Assembly: GCA_020536535.1 (NCBI GenBank)
Contig: JAHLWZ010000834.1
Span: 1 to 64,000, forward strand
Length of the DNA: 64,000 bases
Reading direction: 5' to 3'
Source: Pelomyxa schiedti
Lineage: Eukaryota; Protista; Evosea
Part shown: positions 1 through 11,449 of the stretch, piece by piece
Position numbering within the stretch: position 1 is the stretch's first letter
How the letters are laid out: the number at the start of each line of letters is the position of its first letter
Translations under genes and position numbers: made by a program
Notes under the pieces: model-generated
Told to the model about the DNA's origin: nothing
Database searches by the model: none
Seen by the model: the letters and a program-made list of their open reading frames with translations, nothing else

Positions 1-968
1 TTTCCGGACGTGGTAGTTGCTCGCGTGCCACTTGGTTTTCATTGTGTGCGCGAGTGTCCCCGCAGAGGTGCCGTACGGCACGTGCCGGGTACAACGCCGA
101 CGGGGGAAAATGCCTTGAGCAGGCAGTCGAAGTTGCAACCGAGATCGCCGTGGCACAACCCCAACACGCACAACACCGTAACCGTTCTCGTCCAACCGCC
201 ACCAAACCGCGACACCCACAGAAATCAATTAGTTCCCTTGATTTTCTTTCAACCTGCCGCATCATAAGCAACATCAACTAAACGAAATGTCCGTTATCCG
301 TTGCGTTGGTTACTGTTGAGAGCCAACAGGTTACACGTCAAACAGACAATGGTTCCCCAAGTTAACCTGAGTTCAAGAAGTTGCTGGTCTCCTCTTGCTA
401 ACAAAAAACAGCGTCGACGTTGGGCTTTTTAAACCTTGACATCATCTCTACTCGTTACTTTTGCTTTCTCCTGAGCTGCTCACGTACATTAACTCTATTT
501 TTGCCTGATCAGCAAGTCTTGCTCTTGAGCTCGTCCTATGGTCTTTCTTCCCGCCGAAATGTATCTAACAGCAACGTATCTAGAGGTATCCCTGGATCGT
601 ATTTGATCTAGGAAAAAAGGGTGTGTGGTACTGATATCAAACTCGATCCCAGTGCAGTTGCTCGTCTCCAATCTCGCGGATTCTTTTCAATGTACTTCTC
701 AACAGCAGAATATTTCGCGTACTTAACAGCTTTTTCAGCCGCTGGCTGGTTACGATCAACGAAAAGTTTCTCAATGCATCTCATCAAGGTTGATACCCGT
801 TTACCACGCAAAGCTTGTCAATTTGACTATTTTTGTGTATAGTATAGATCAACCATTACACAACCAAAGAAGCTTTCTGATTCTGGGGAGGGTACCAACA
901 GATCAATTGTCACAACATACTCGGGGGTTCAGTTCCTTCAATACCTCTAGCTAGATGGCAACTGGCTT

Positions 969-2080
969 ATGATATCAGACATCTTGACTGTTATCGGTGT
1001 CATTCACGGTAGGTGCAACAATCCTGCTAGTAGCACAATCAACTATGCCAACAACCAACTCTCTCAGTCTTCTCTTGGTGTGGCAATAGGGGTCAGCCAC
1101 AAATCGTTACGGAAGGAATGTCCAAAGTCCAAATCACATGGGAAAACACCACCATGGACATCCTCGGAGTGTACGCACCATACACAGGACACCCAGAAGC
1201 AGTAGATTTCTGGGATACTGCTTGCACAAAATACACACGAGTCAGTGCCTCAGCAACTATACTGATTGGGGATTTTAATATCCCACTCAGCAAACACCAA
1301 CACCCATCATTTGAAAGATCATCCACCTTAAGACGTACAGCCCACCAGGCCATGCAAAAGTGGGAAGTCAACCAGTTGACTCGAAATCTCCAACACACAT
1401 CCAGAATGGAACCTGCTACAACTAGTTTCTCAATTGACTACATGGGAATCCAGTGCTTCTGACCACTACTAAGAGTATCCCCAAAGCTCAAGACCGTCTG
1501 GAACAGGAATAGACCCCCAAGATGGACCTTTGAGAATCCCGCATACAAGCTCCACTTAATGAAGATACTCCAGATGCCCCCTTCCTTACCACCCAGTGGC
1601 CTGCTGCCAAACGTTTCCTGATCCAAGCAGCGTGGCAAACAATGACCAACAAAAGCAACACACAACAGGACACCCTCTACTCCTTAAACTGCAGAAGGCC
1701 TCAGTACCAGAAGCTCTGAGGATAATCCACGAAGCCATAGCCTGGGTTAAAACCCAACTGAACATCAAAATCCCCAAGAATAGACATACCAACCAAAAGT
1801 ACCCCCACAGGCTAAAGATAAAACATCATCAGCGTGGCCAGTACAGACAGTAACAAAGTACAAATACCTCGGAGTCCTTATTGAGTCAATAAGGCCCAGA
1901 GAAGGGCTCAAGACATTATACCCAAAGTCCTTGGCCTACAATGGAAAATAGTAGCCACCAACATTTACATCCACTCAATCCTATAATACCAATGCCGTTT
2001 TGAAATCTTCTCTCCAAGTCAAGTCTGGCAGCCATAAATGACCTGACGGCCCTCAAGAAACAAGGAGGCTTGGGACACCC
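969..2080 (+). mobile_element. Degenerate non-LTR retrotransposon (LINE) relic: APE endonuclease plus post-RT fragments
   Basis: Frameshifted motifs appear in LINE ORF2 order: GVAIGV, ILGVYAP, ILIGDFN, SIDY..SDH (tct gac cac ~1458), then YKYLGV (~1858) and LKKQGGLG (~2052-2075). No RT core (YADD) is seen, and there are several stops and frameshifts. Confidence 0.75.
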
Positions 2081-2156
2081 CTGCTGGATATGCAGTGGTG
2101 GAATGTTGCAGTGTCCGTCTCAGGATATCGGAACCCCAACCGGCGACAACCCCAGC

Positions 2157-5067
2157 ATGGGAGATAGCGACGGCAGCATTGACGCCCGTATTGCCGATGC
2201 ATTCCAGAGATTTGTAAAAAAAGAAAAGGATGAGATCTTTGAAACATTTTGTTTAAAAAGCAAGCCGCACCACCTCGGGATCTCAGTTATGCAAGGGAAC
2301 CAAGGGATAGTGCATCCAGACTATGACAATAGGCCGGATTACGTGCTGGTGCTGGTTCAAAGATGTGACGCTGATAAAATGAAGATTGAGGTCGCCGACA
2401 TACTTAAAGGCATGGTGCCTCCTATCGTCATGTAAGTTGTGTGGTGTAGCTTTGCTGGGTTGAGTTGTGTGTTAAGTTGGGTGGTAAGTTGGGTGGTAAC
2501 CCAGCTCATCTTATCGTTGTGTAGTTTTCTCGTTCGTTGTCAAGTTTGAGTGTGCTTTTTTTTTTTGCTTACCACCGAGATAGAGTCGATTCGAAATCTC
2601 GCTGTAACATGGGTCCTAACACTGCTCGGATATACACGAAGAACGGAAATAGGACGTTCTTGAAATTGTTCACAGTTGAAGACTTGTTAACTGCAAAGAT
2701 GAACCTCAATGCATGCCGTACTCTTGGACCTTATTGGGAAATTTCAACAGAGATTCCGAAACCATTTGAGTTCTACAAGTCTAGTCTTGGCATCTATCAC
2801 CCGCCACAAGGCCACGAAGCTGCTCATCCTCAACAAGTGACTACAACAGAATCCACTGAGCAAATTCAATTGCCGGCGTTGGCACTGAATCCGTTGGTCC
2901 TTTGTATTTCTTCTTCACCCGCCCAACAGCTGGGTTCAAGTTCGACGACGACTACTCCTTCGTTCTCTGCCGCCACGAGATCAGCCTCGAGCTGTTACGA
3001 GACACCGCACGACATCACCATGGGTTCCAAATTGGGTGCGGGAGGTTTTGGAGAAGTTCATGGGGGTATGTATCAGTGCCTTGATTGGTTGTTTCGCAGA
3101 AATGTTTATCTTCCAGAAACTCACATCACAATTACGCAAAAGCAACATGCCATTCTGCTCCCGTGGCACTCAAACTGTTCAAAGGTGCTATGACATCCAC
3201 AACCACACTTCAATGTGGTCTACACGAGTTTGAGCTTTTGCAGTTGAGTGTGCCCTCCCAGCTCGTCTTATTAATTATTACTCACTCAACAACAGGAAAT
3301 GTGCAGGACCGAACATTGTTCAACAGTTTGGTGTGACTACCCAAGGTGACGACTTCGCCATCATTCTGGAGCAACTTGAATGTGACCTCCGCTCTCTCAT
3401 TTACGTTGGTGTCCCATCGTCGTTCAACTCCCTGTTAAATTTGACAACAACTCCCTTCCTCATATTGTCGGACATACTCTTTGTGGCAGAGGACGCGGTA
3501 CTCTTTTTTCTTCATCTCTTTCGCTTTTGGTTTTTTGATACTTCTACACTGCCACACCACTTTGCTACTTTGAGCTAATAATACTCAAATCTATCACTAA
3601 CGACAATTACTACACACAGGGTCATGGTATACACTGGGCACACATGAGAAGAGTCATTCATGCGTATGTTGCTTGTGTCACACCACCCACTTCTAACCCT
3701 ACCTAACCTGATCTTTCCCCTAATGTTTCTCTCTATCTGTCTCTCTTTTTCTGTCTCTCTTTCTCCCTCACTAATATGACAAAATAAATCACTCACTCCT
3801 CTACAGTGATATTAAGCCAGAAAACTTTTTGGTGGGGACAGCTTTGAACTGCAAGGCTTGTTTTTTTTTTCTTGTAATGACCAATGACAAATGACACTAC
3901 TATATAGCTCTCAGACTTTGGTCTGGGCATTTCCATTCCCCCAACCCTTCCAATTGAATACATCATTCCCCTTCCTGGGGATGTTGGAACCCGTAAGTAC
4001 CTTTATCATCCTCCTGGTCTCATCATACCTCCACAGCTGCATATCTCTCGCCGGAAATTGTGCAGCAGCGCGAGATATCTTTCAAGTCCGACATGTAAGT
4101 GCTTCACTGCATTCTTCTCTTCAAGATGTATGAGTGATGGTTTTTAGGTACTCCTTCGGCGTACTTCTCTGTGAGATTCTCTCTGGGAAACCTCCGTACA
4201 GTGACCACAAGTTGAAGTCTAACCCCAATATCTGTGTGCCTGTGACGCACAAGTTTCTTGATGAAATCTTCAAAAAGAACGAGCACACTGAGATCCCAAC
4301 GCAGTACCGTGGGGGGGAACTGCTGCCTCTGCCCCTGGTTTGTAGTTTGATTCGTGTGATTGTCCCCTTCGTTAAAGTTTAATGACAATTGTAGGTTAAC
4401 TTGATTGAGCATTGCTTGGCGAAAGATCCAAAGAAGGTATGTGATTGTGACTGTGACAAGTTATATCCAACCATTGTTCTACTAGCGACCCGATTCTATG
4501 GACTATGTGGCAATTACTCTCAGGTCGATTCGATTTGAGTTGCTGAGCCCCAGCCTCACAGCCCGTACAATGTGGCAGAGGGCCAATGGGCCACTCCACG
4601 AAAGGGAACCCGTCATGCCTTGGAGCAAGATGATCACACCATCAAACCCGGATCCGATATTACTCTCCTGGCGGCAGCAGATTTGTGGTTTGCCCACCCT
4701 TCCTCTCACCGCTCTAACAACAAAACACAAAAGACAAATCCGGAAATGTTGCCCTCAGGAAGCTTTCCGCCATGGCGGTATCACAGGGCATGCTCTGAGA
4801 CTTATTCATCACTTCCGCTTCCTGACAGTTCCGAATTCCAAACTCCCCTTTGTTGCTCTCCACCACCAACCCAACACTACCCACTCAGTTCCTCCAAAAG
4901 AAATAAATGCAGGAAAAGAAAAAAAGTTTTCAATCTCCTCTTTCTTAATGATGAATGGGAATGTGGCTATGTGGCTTTGTATTAAACTTACATACAATTT
5001 GCTCCCTCCACTGCTCCACGGCACAGTGACAGGAAAAAGAAAGAGGAAAAAATTTTCAAACAAATGA
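2157..5067 (+). CDS. Protein kinase (TKL-like, non-RD) with uncharacterised N-terminal domain; multi-exon, termini uncertain
   Basis: Spliced motifs: LGAGGFGEVH, VALKLFK, HADIKPENFL, KLSDFG, GTPAYLSPE, KSDMYSFG, CLAKDPKKRP. Confidence 0.8.
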
Positions 5068-5307
5068 TGGCATTGGTGTTTGTATTAAACTTTATAGAGT
5101 TTCACAGCAGATACAATTGCAGAGCGGCAAATTGGGCAGGTGTGCTTTGATGACACCAGCTGCTGGGCACACGGCAAGCACGTGGCAACGTGCCCACATG
5201 GAATGATCACTGCTTCCTGTGTTGAGTGTTTGTTGTTTAATTAAGTTACCTTGGAGCCAATCATGCATATGCAGCATAGATTGTCTTCGGGATTTTCCGA
5301 AGGTGTT
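4923..5307 (-). repeat. Inverted dispersed duplicate of 28278-28628 (RING exons, stop, 3' flank)
   Basis: For example, gccacatagccacattcccattcatcattaagaaagaggagattgaaaac at 28521-28570 occurs as the reverse complement at ~4927-4976. Confidence 0.9.
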
Positions 5308-5883
5308 TATGCTGTTGTTGCTTGGCACAATCCAGCACTCCAGAATACAATAAATCATATCTTCTCTTGCTGACAAGAACATACAAGTGCGAAAAATTCA
5401 ATTGCAATAATAATAGAGGCTCTGCAACAATAAATCTGCAAAGCACCCAGTTTAGTGGCAGCGAAATAAAGCACCAGGGTTTTGCAAAACGCGCCCCAGG
5501 CACCGTTCAACATACAATCGCGGTCTTGTGTTCTTTGAATCCCAATCCCTGTAGGTGCATCAAAGAGACCGAACAGTTTCTGTCTCGGGAGGATGTTGGA
5601 ACTTCTTGTATTGTTCGTTCTTCGTCCCATTGTAAGTCATAAACGCACTGCTCCAAAACCTCTACGCAACCAACTCGAATCGCGGCATCAGTACGCGGTT
5701 CGTTGGCCGCAGTTGCAGTCAAAGACATGACGTCAACTACCTCCGCGCTTTGGCCTCGTCAAGAATGTGTCATGTCGAGACAAGCACACTCCAGGATCAC
5801 CGACGCACCTGGGCAGGCACGTACCTCTTGCACGTCAATAGAGGGTTTCGAGCAGAAAGGAACACAAAGGACTCCTTCCTCAT
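5085..5883 (-). pseudogene. Decayed, internally deleted copy of the Arb2-RING gene (26569-28513) with a near-identical RING end
   Basis: 5085-5307 is a near-identical reverse complement of 28278-28513 (RING exons plus intron). Upstream short blocks match ~27155-27185, 27605-27670 and 27940-27980. No continuous ORF. The upstream boundary is approximate. Confidence 0.65.
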
Positions 5884-6012
5884 CTGTGTGCTTTCCGTTT
5901 CGCGTACAAACACTACGAGATCTACAAAAGTTCACGAGGCTTCCTTTTTAAAAACCGTTTGAACGGTTTTCAGATTTTCGGAAGGGAAATTAACGACACA
6001 CAAACGGCAGGC

Positions 6013-8424
6013 ATGACCTCGCCCCTCACGCCTCGTCGAGGGACCCTCCACGTCCCCCCGTCCTCCCCCCTCCCCCCAATCCCTCAACCAAAACGGCAGC
6101 AACAAGCCATCCCACAACCCCTGGACAGCCAGAATGAAAACGCCGCACCACAGGCACAACAAGAAAAAATCCAACCCGACACAACCACTCCGACCACCAC
6201 CACCGCCAACAACAACAACAATCATCAAGAACACCCGAGGTCGTCGTCATTATCCTCAGGTACGTCCTCATCATCCAGTGAGTGTTCTCCCCTGGCCAGG
6301 CCGACGTCGCGGGGCGAGGAGGCCTCCCTACGAACAGCACCAACTCCGCCAGTCCCTGCAGATTCCGTTTCAGAGGATGCAAATAGAACCGGGGACACTT
6401 CCGCCCACGACATGAGGAAGACGGTGCGTTGGTTTAGATTAGCATAGCATAGGATAGGATAAATTATTTCTTGATTTTTTTGCAATGTGTCTCGTAATAA
6501 TTCTGTGGTGATAAGCTATATTTAAACAACATGTAGGCCCGCCTATCTCACGCAGCTGTGCCGTTGCCACCCCTACCGCCACCAACAGTACGTAGAGCAA
6601 ATGTGATAGACGAAAGTGTTAGTGTTGCTGCCCAAACCCCTGAGCAACAAAGTGTGTAGACCATGAAAGACCCCAAAACTCATAGCCCATTTTCCAAAAA
6701 AAAAAAAAAAAAAAAGCCCCTGATTCTGCTACTGCACCACAGCCCTCAGGTTCCTCCTCACCAAAGACTACAGCCTCCCCTAGAAGTAAAACAAAGGAGT
6801 CACCACCACCAAAACCCTCACGAGCCAAAAAAACTCAGTTACCAAAGAAACCTTCCAAACCGGCACCTACTCCTCCCCTGTCAACACAAGCAGAACCTGT
6901 TCTCGAACTACCTAAAGTAATATCCAAATCCCAAAAAACCGCAATTAACTTTCCACAGCTTTGGTTGCACCTCAGGATAATTGAAACCGTTGATCTGACT
7001 CCAAGAGAAAAGTCTGTCAAAGCATCTCCCAGTGTTGTTGTGGTAATAACTCTAAAATAACTTAGTGTACTCCTACTTGGTAATTAAGGAATATGGACCG
7101 AGCAATCGATTGCAGAGGTTCTCTACTGCCCCTCAAAAGAAAAGTTTGGACTCCCGGAGTCGCACTTTGGTAATACCACTTTTGAGTGCAAAACTAATGC
7201 CCACTTTTTATTGCTTAGTTCAATGAGCTGGGCTTGTTTTCGATAGACGACCCTGAAACCCGAGTTCAACTCAAAGTTCTGGTAAGAGGAGAGGAAAATG
7301 AAAATAATAGTTCACAGCCATCCAGGAAAAGAATACTTTTCTTGGTAACACTTCTTTAAAACCTGGCGATCTCCCGTTAGATTTCTGGCTCGAGTGTGTC
7401 CTCACACTGGAAGTATATTCCTCCATCAAAGGCTTGTGGAATCACCAATTTATAGAACGTTACAACAGGAGTTCTACATGTTCAAATGCGGGCCTCTGAA
7501 TCTGAAGTCGCTGAACCTCCTCCAACCCCCCAAATGAGTCTTGTTTCCACTCAACGTGGTCTCGGGGACACTGGAATATCGGGACCGAGAAACTTTGAAC
7601 ATGTGAGCCATATCGGCTTGGACGACCAAGGAGGATTTAGTGTACGTTACCGCAGAACATTACTGCTAATAATAATAAACAAATCAGATTGTCTCCATCC
7701 CTGAAGAGTGGATGGCTTTACTAAGAGGTCTCGGCGTTACAGACTCTGAACTTAATAAACCTCAAATAAGGACGGCCCTTCTTGAAGTACCTTTACATAC
7801 AGAAATTAATAGCACTCTGATGTATCAAGGCAATAATAGACGAATCAGAGAAGTTTAGAGCCGAAGCCAAGGCCTCAGCTTCATCCACCACAAGTAAAAT
7901 GTCATCAGATACTGCACCTCCACCTCCACCCCCGCCGCCTCCACCGCCCCCGCCGCCACCTCCACCACCCCCTCCACCGGGTTCTTCTAATGCATCATCC
8001 TCCAGTATTCCGCCGCCTCTACCTCCCAGACAGACCCCGCAAGTTACCCAACAAGTACGTAGAGCAATGACCTCTCCACCTTAGAATACTCGGAACTCCC
8101 TCACTCATAATTGCTTATAAACTTCTAACTTGCAACCCAGCAGCCCGAGGCTGATAAAAGTGATACTCCTCCCCCGGCTGCCAATTCGTTAAGTGCCAGC
8201 CTGGAAACAGGAAGGACACGCCTAAAGCGATTGGAATCCAATGTCCAGAAGCTACCACCGCCGCCTGTGGCCGGCACAACAAGCAGCCACACACTAGCTT
8301 CGGCCATTGATAAGAGACTACAAATGATACGGCTAGCTGTTGAACAGGTAGCCCGTTTCTTTTGCACCAAATGCTTACATTCGATTCACAGCAGGAGGAC
8401 AGCGACTCTGACTGGTCCGAATAA
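6013..8424 (+). CDS. WASP-like Arp2/3 activator: Pro-rich, C2, CRIB, polyPro, WH2-C-A
   Basis: C2-like LHLRIIETVDL...FLGNTSL...WLECVLTLENVTTGVLHVQM; CRIB ISGPRNFEHVSHIG; ~21 consecutive Pro; WH2 LSASLETGRTRLKRL; C helix LASAIDKRLQMIR; acidic end EDSDSDWSE*. Confidence 0.8.
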
Positions 8425-8541
8425 GCCCTTCTGTGAGCCTCTTCTTTTTTTGTCTGTGTGTTATTTTCTAGAAAAAACTCCGTAGTAAAACCAAAAGTGA
8501 AAAGGAAGAAAGTAGACAACAAAAAAAAAATTTTGCTTCTT

Positions 8542-11222
8542 CTAGGATTTTGATAATGGTGTTCTTACTTCGTCTATAATTTCCTCCACAACTTCTTCTA
8601 CATAGTCATCGTCGGAGTCGCATTCGATACAGCCCAAAGCTTTTCTTTTTGGTGCTTCTTGCCTGGTTATGTGTTAAGGCACTTTTACACCAAAATATAT
8701 TTCGCATACAGGTATTCTTGGAAATTGTGTTCCAACAGCTCCGCAAAGTCTTCCTCCATCCGCGCTTGCCTTTGTTTGACTGTTTCGCGGAATGCCGCTT
8801 TATCGATATCTTCTCGTTTTCTGTATGTTTCGGCTATGGTTTCAAGGTTCTGCCTAATTTCCTACAGATTATAAGTGAATGGGAAATATACAATCGGAAT
8901 GAAACCTCAAGTTTTTCAGTAGAAAGCAAGCATGGTGGTCGTGGTCGCCATAAGAATTGTAAGAATCTGTCGCGAACGACTTGGTGCAGAAGTTGTCCAC
9001 TGGCCGAGAAAAGCATGAAGCCGCATTCGGCTGCCTACGGATGTAAGTAGGCGTAATGACAAAAACGGTAAAGTACAGGGGACCGCCAGAAGCTCGTTAC
9101 AACAGCCACAAAACGCCCAGTGGGATCCCACTCAACCGAACTGGCATTTGTGTGTTCAGCCATGTTCATTGTCTCCAGAGTATCAGCATTGAAAAAATCG
9201 ATAGTATGGGCCCTACACTATATTAAAACTCAACGAGAACACCCACGTGGGTCTAGGACAAGAAGGTTTTACTCACGAAGTCTTTCCATGCATATCAGCA
9301 ACTATCAAAACATGCCCTTGGGGACTCCAGTACAAGTGATCCATGCCCTTTTTATCAATTGCCAGTCCTGAACACATGTTAATAAGTCGGGTAAGAATGC
9401 TTGTGCTTCATACGGATGGGGTCGATTTTAGGATGAGGTTCTATTCGATACAGACTCAAAAATGTTTTTTGTGGTTGCGTTTTGTATTGAAGAAGAGCCA
9501 AGCGGTTACCCTCTGGCTCCCATGCAAAGCAAACAATGTTAGCCTTGACTTCAAACATATCTGATAATCAATAAGCTATCTGACGCTGCAGTAGAGAAGG
9601 GGGACAACCAACTGGGAAATTTTTTTCACGAAGCCTGAAGATGTTAAATGCATTGAGAGCTGTGGCTTTTGTCCTGTCAACCTTGACGCATAGAAAATCA
9701 CCAGACGGGTGCCATTGCATTTTGCACTATTTCGAAGGGGGAAAACTGATTAGAATAAGGTCCAATCTGGAATGGAGGCTGAACGTACATCCGAAACATC
9801 GAAAAAAGAATTTTGTCGCAACTCTCTCCCCGTGGAGACATCAATGACAGTCACACGAGCAGGATGATTTGGTGCATCAGGAACATAAGCAGCAATAATG
9901 GGATCCTTTGGAGACCAGCAAAAGGATTCTGTTCCTGTTAACTAAGACAGAATAAATTTATTGTGAGAGTTGTTGAATGAGACCTTTTCGGCGATGGAAG
10001 CAACTAGCTGCATGGTGGATGTGTCATATACATGTACTGTTCCGTCTTGAAGACGAGCAAAGTATTTTTCATCTTTGGTCCAGTGGAAAACAGGCCATTC
10101 CTTAATGGCACTGTACGAGCCACCAAAAGCACAAACCTGCTTTTGGGTTCGTAGATCCCATATTATAATGGTCTAGCAAGAAAGTTTGTTTCGGATTTGA
10201 ATGGTTTAATGGTGTTTACCCTAGCTTCTGACGCTGTGGGTTCTTTGGATGTCACTGTAAGTAAATACTTCTCGTTTGGGGAAAAGTCAATGACTTTCAC
10301 ATCAGCGTGTGCAAATCGGCCTAACTTCTCCCAAGATTCACCACCCCACAACTGAACTCCTTGCTGATGCAATGTGGCAACATAAGTACCAAGAGGAGAC
10401 CACTTTACATAACTCTCAGTCCAGTGCTGAAAACAAGGGATGAGGATGAAAATTAACTAAGGAAAACGTACCGGTTTCCTGTAAACACTTGGGGGTTTTT
10501 CAGGAGTCTTTGGGTCGTTCCAAAGAATTTCTGTCTTTTTGATTTAAAATAAGAGTGACCAGTGGCACATAATTTTTACCTCATCAGCGTACTGAATGAG
10601 ATACTGGTCAGCTCCTTCCATTGATAATTTATCTCTAAGCCAGGACCGGACATCCATCTAATTGTGTCAAGGAGAAAAGATTAGAGGGAAGGTAAACACA
10701 CTCGCTCTCTGTACTCCTTGACAGGTGGTGGCTGGTATGTCTCTGGAACTGTTGCGAACCGCTCAAAATCAGATAAGAGATTGACTTTGAAGATGTGAAG
10801 TTTGCCCAAAGGGTATCCATTGCTCTCCAGAGCAACTTTCGCAATTTCAGGTGTATCAAAGTCAACAAATGCGTAACTTGTTGGTGGTTATAATTTTGTT
10901 ATAATACAGATAGGTTGTTGTTTTTGTGCCAAAATTATGTCGAGGCTGAAGCAATAAGTTGTCAAACTCACCCCTTCGTCATTCCCTCAGCATCTTGAGG
11001 TAAACAAATCTCTCTGGGTGCACCAGCCAGAGCCGAAAACACCTTCGTCAAAACGCCGTGCAATTTTTCGAGTTTGTCTTGTGTCACCACTGGTACGTTG
11101 TCTACGACGACCATCGTCGTAGTTGTTGTGTCGAGCGTGAAAGGGGGCTCCGGTAGAGATTCGAGGATCTCCGCCTCCATTGACTTCTTTGCTTTTGACG
11201 GTTTTCCGGTCTTTGCCGACAT
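8542..11222 (-). CDS. EIF3B: Eukaryotic translation initiation factor 3 subunit B
   Basis: [20 protein letters not shown]...TKGYAFVDF; WD region [33 protein letters not shown]; QFLWRPRPP motif. Confidence 0.93.
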
Positions 11223-11449
11223 GGTCGCGAGGTGTCGCCGCGTGCGTGTTGTTGGGCCTTGTTTGTTTACAGATCTGATCTAGAGAGAAACTATTTTTAA
11301 AACGAATCGCGTCATTTGCAACAGTGGAATTCTTCCTTCTCAGGGTGGTACACGAGACCTGAAATCTTGGACTTCTCTAAAGAGTGTTTACCTTTGCACC
11401 CGAGGTTTTTGTTGTTGGAAGAATAAGCAGTATTTTATTTTGGGTTGAA

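Noticed and set aside
10-280. Zinc-knuckle-like HCVRECP as LINE ORF1
   Set aside because: The CCHC spacing is incomplete and the match is too short to support the call.
7413-7468. Possible GC donor in the WASP-like gene
   Set aside because: A canonical GT-AG intron gives a better C2 sequence (LE|NVTTGVLHV).
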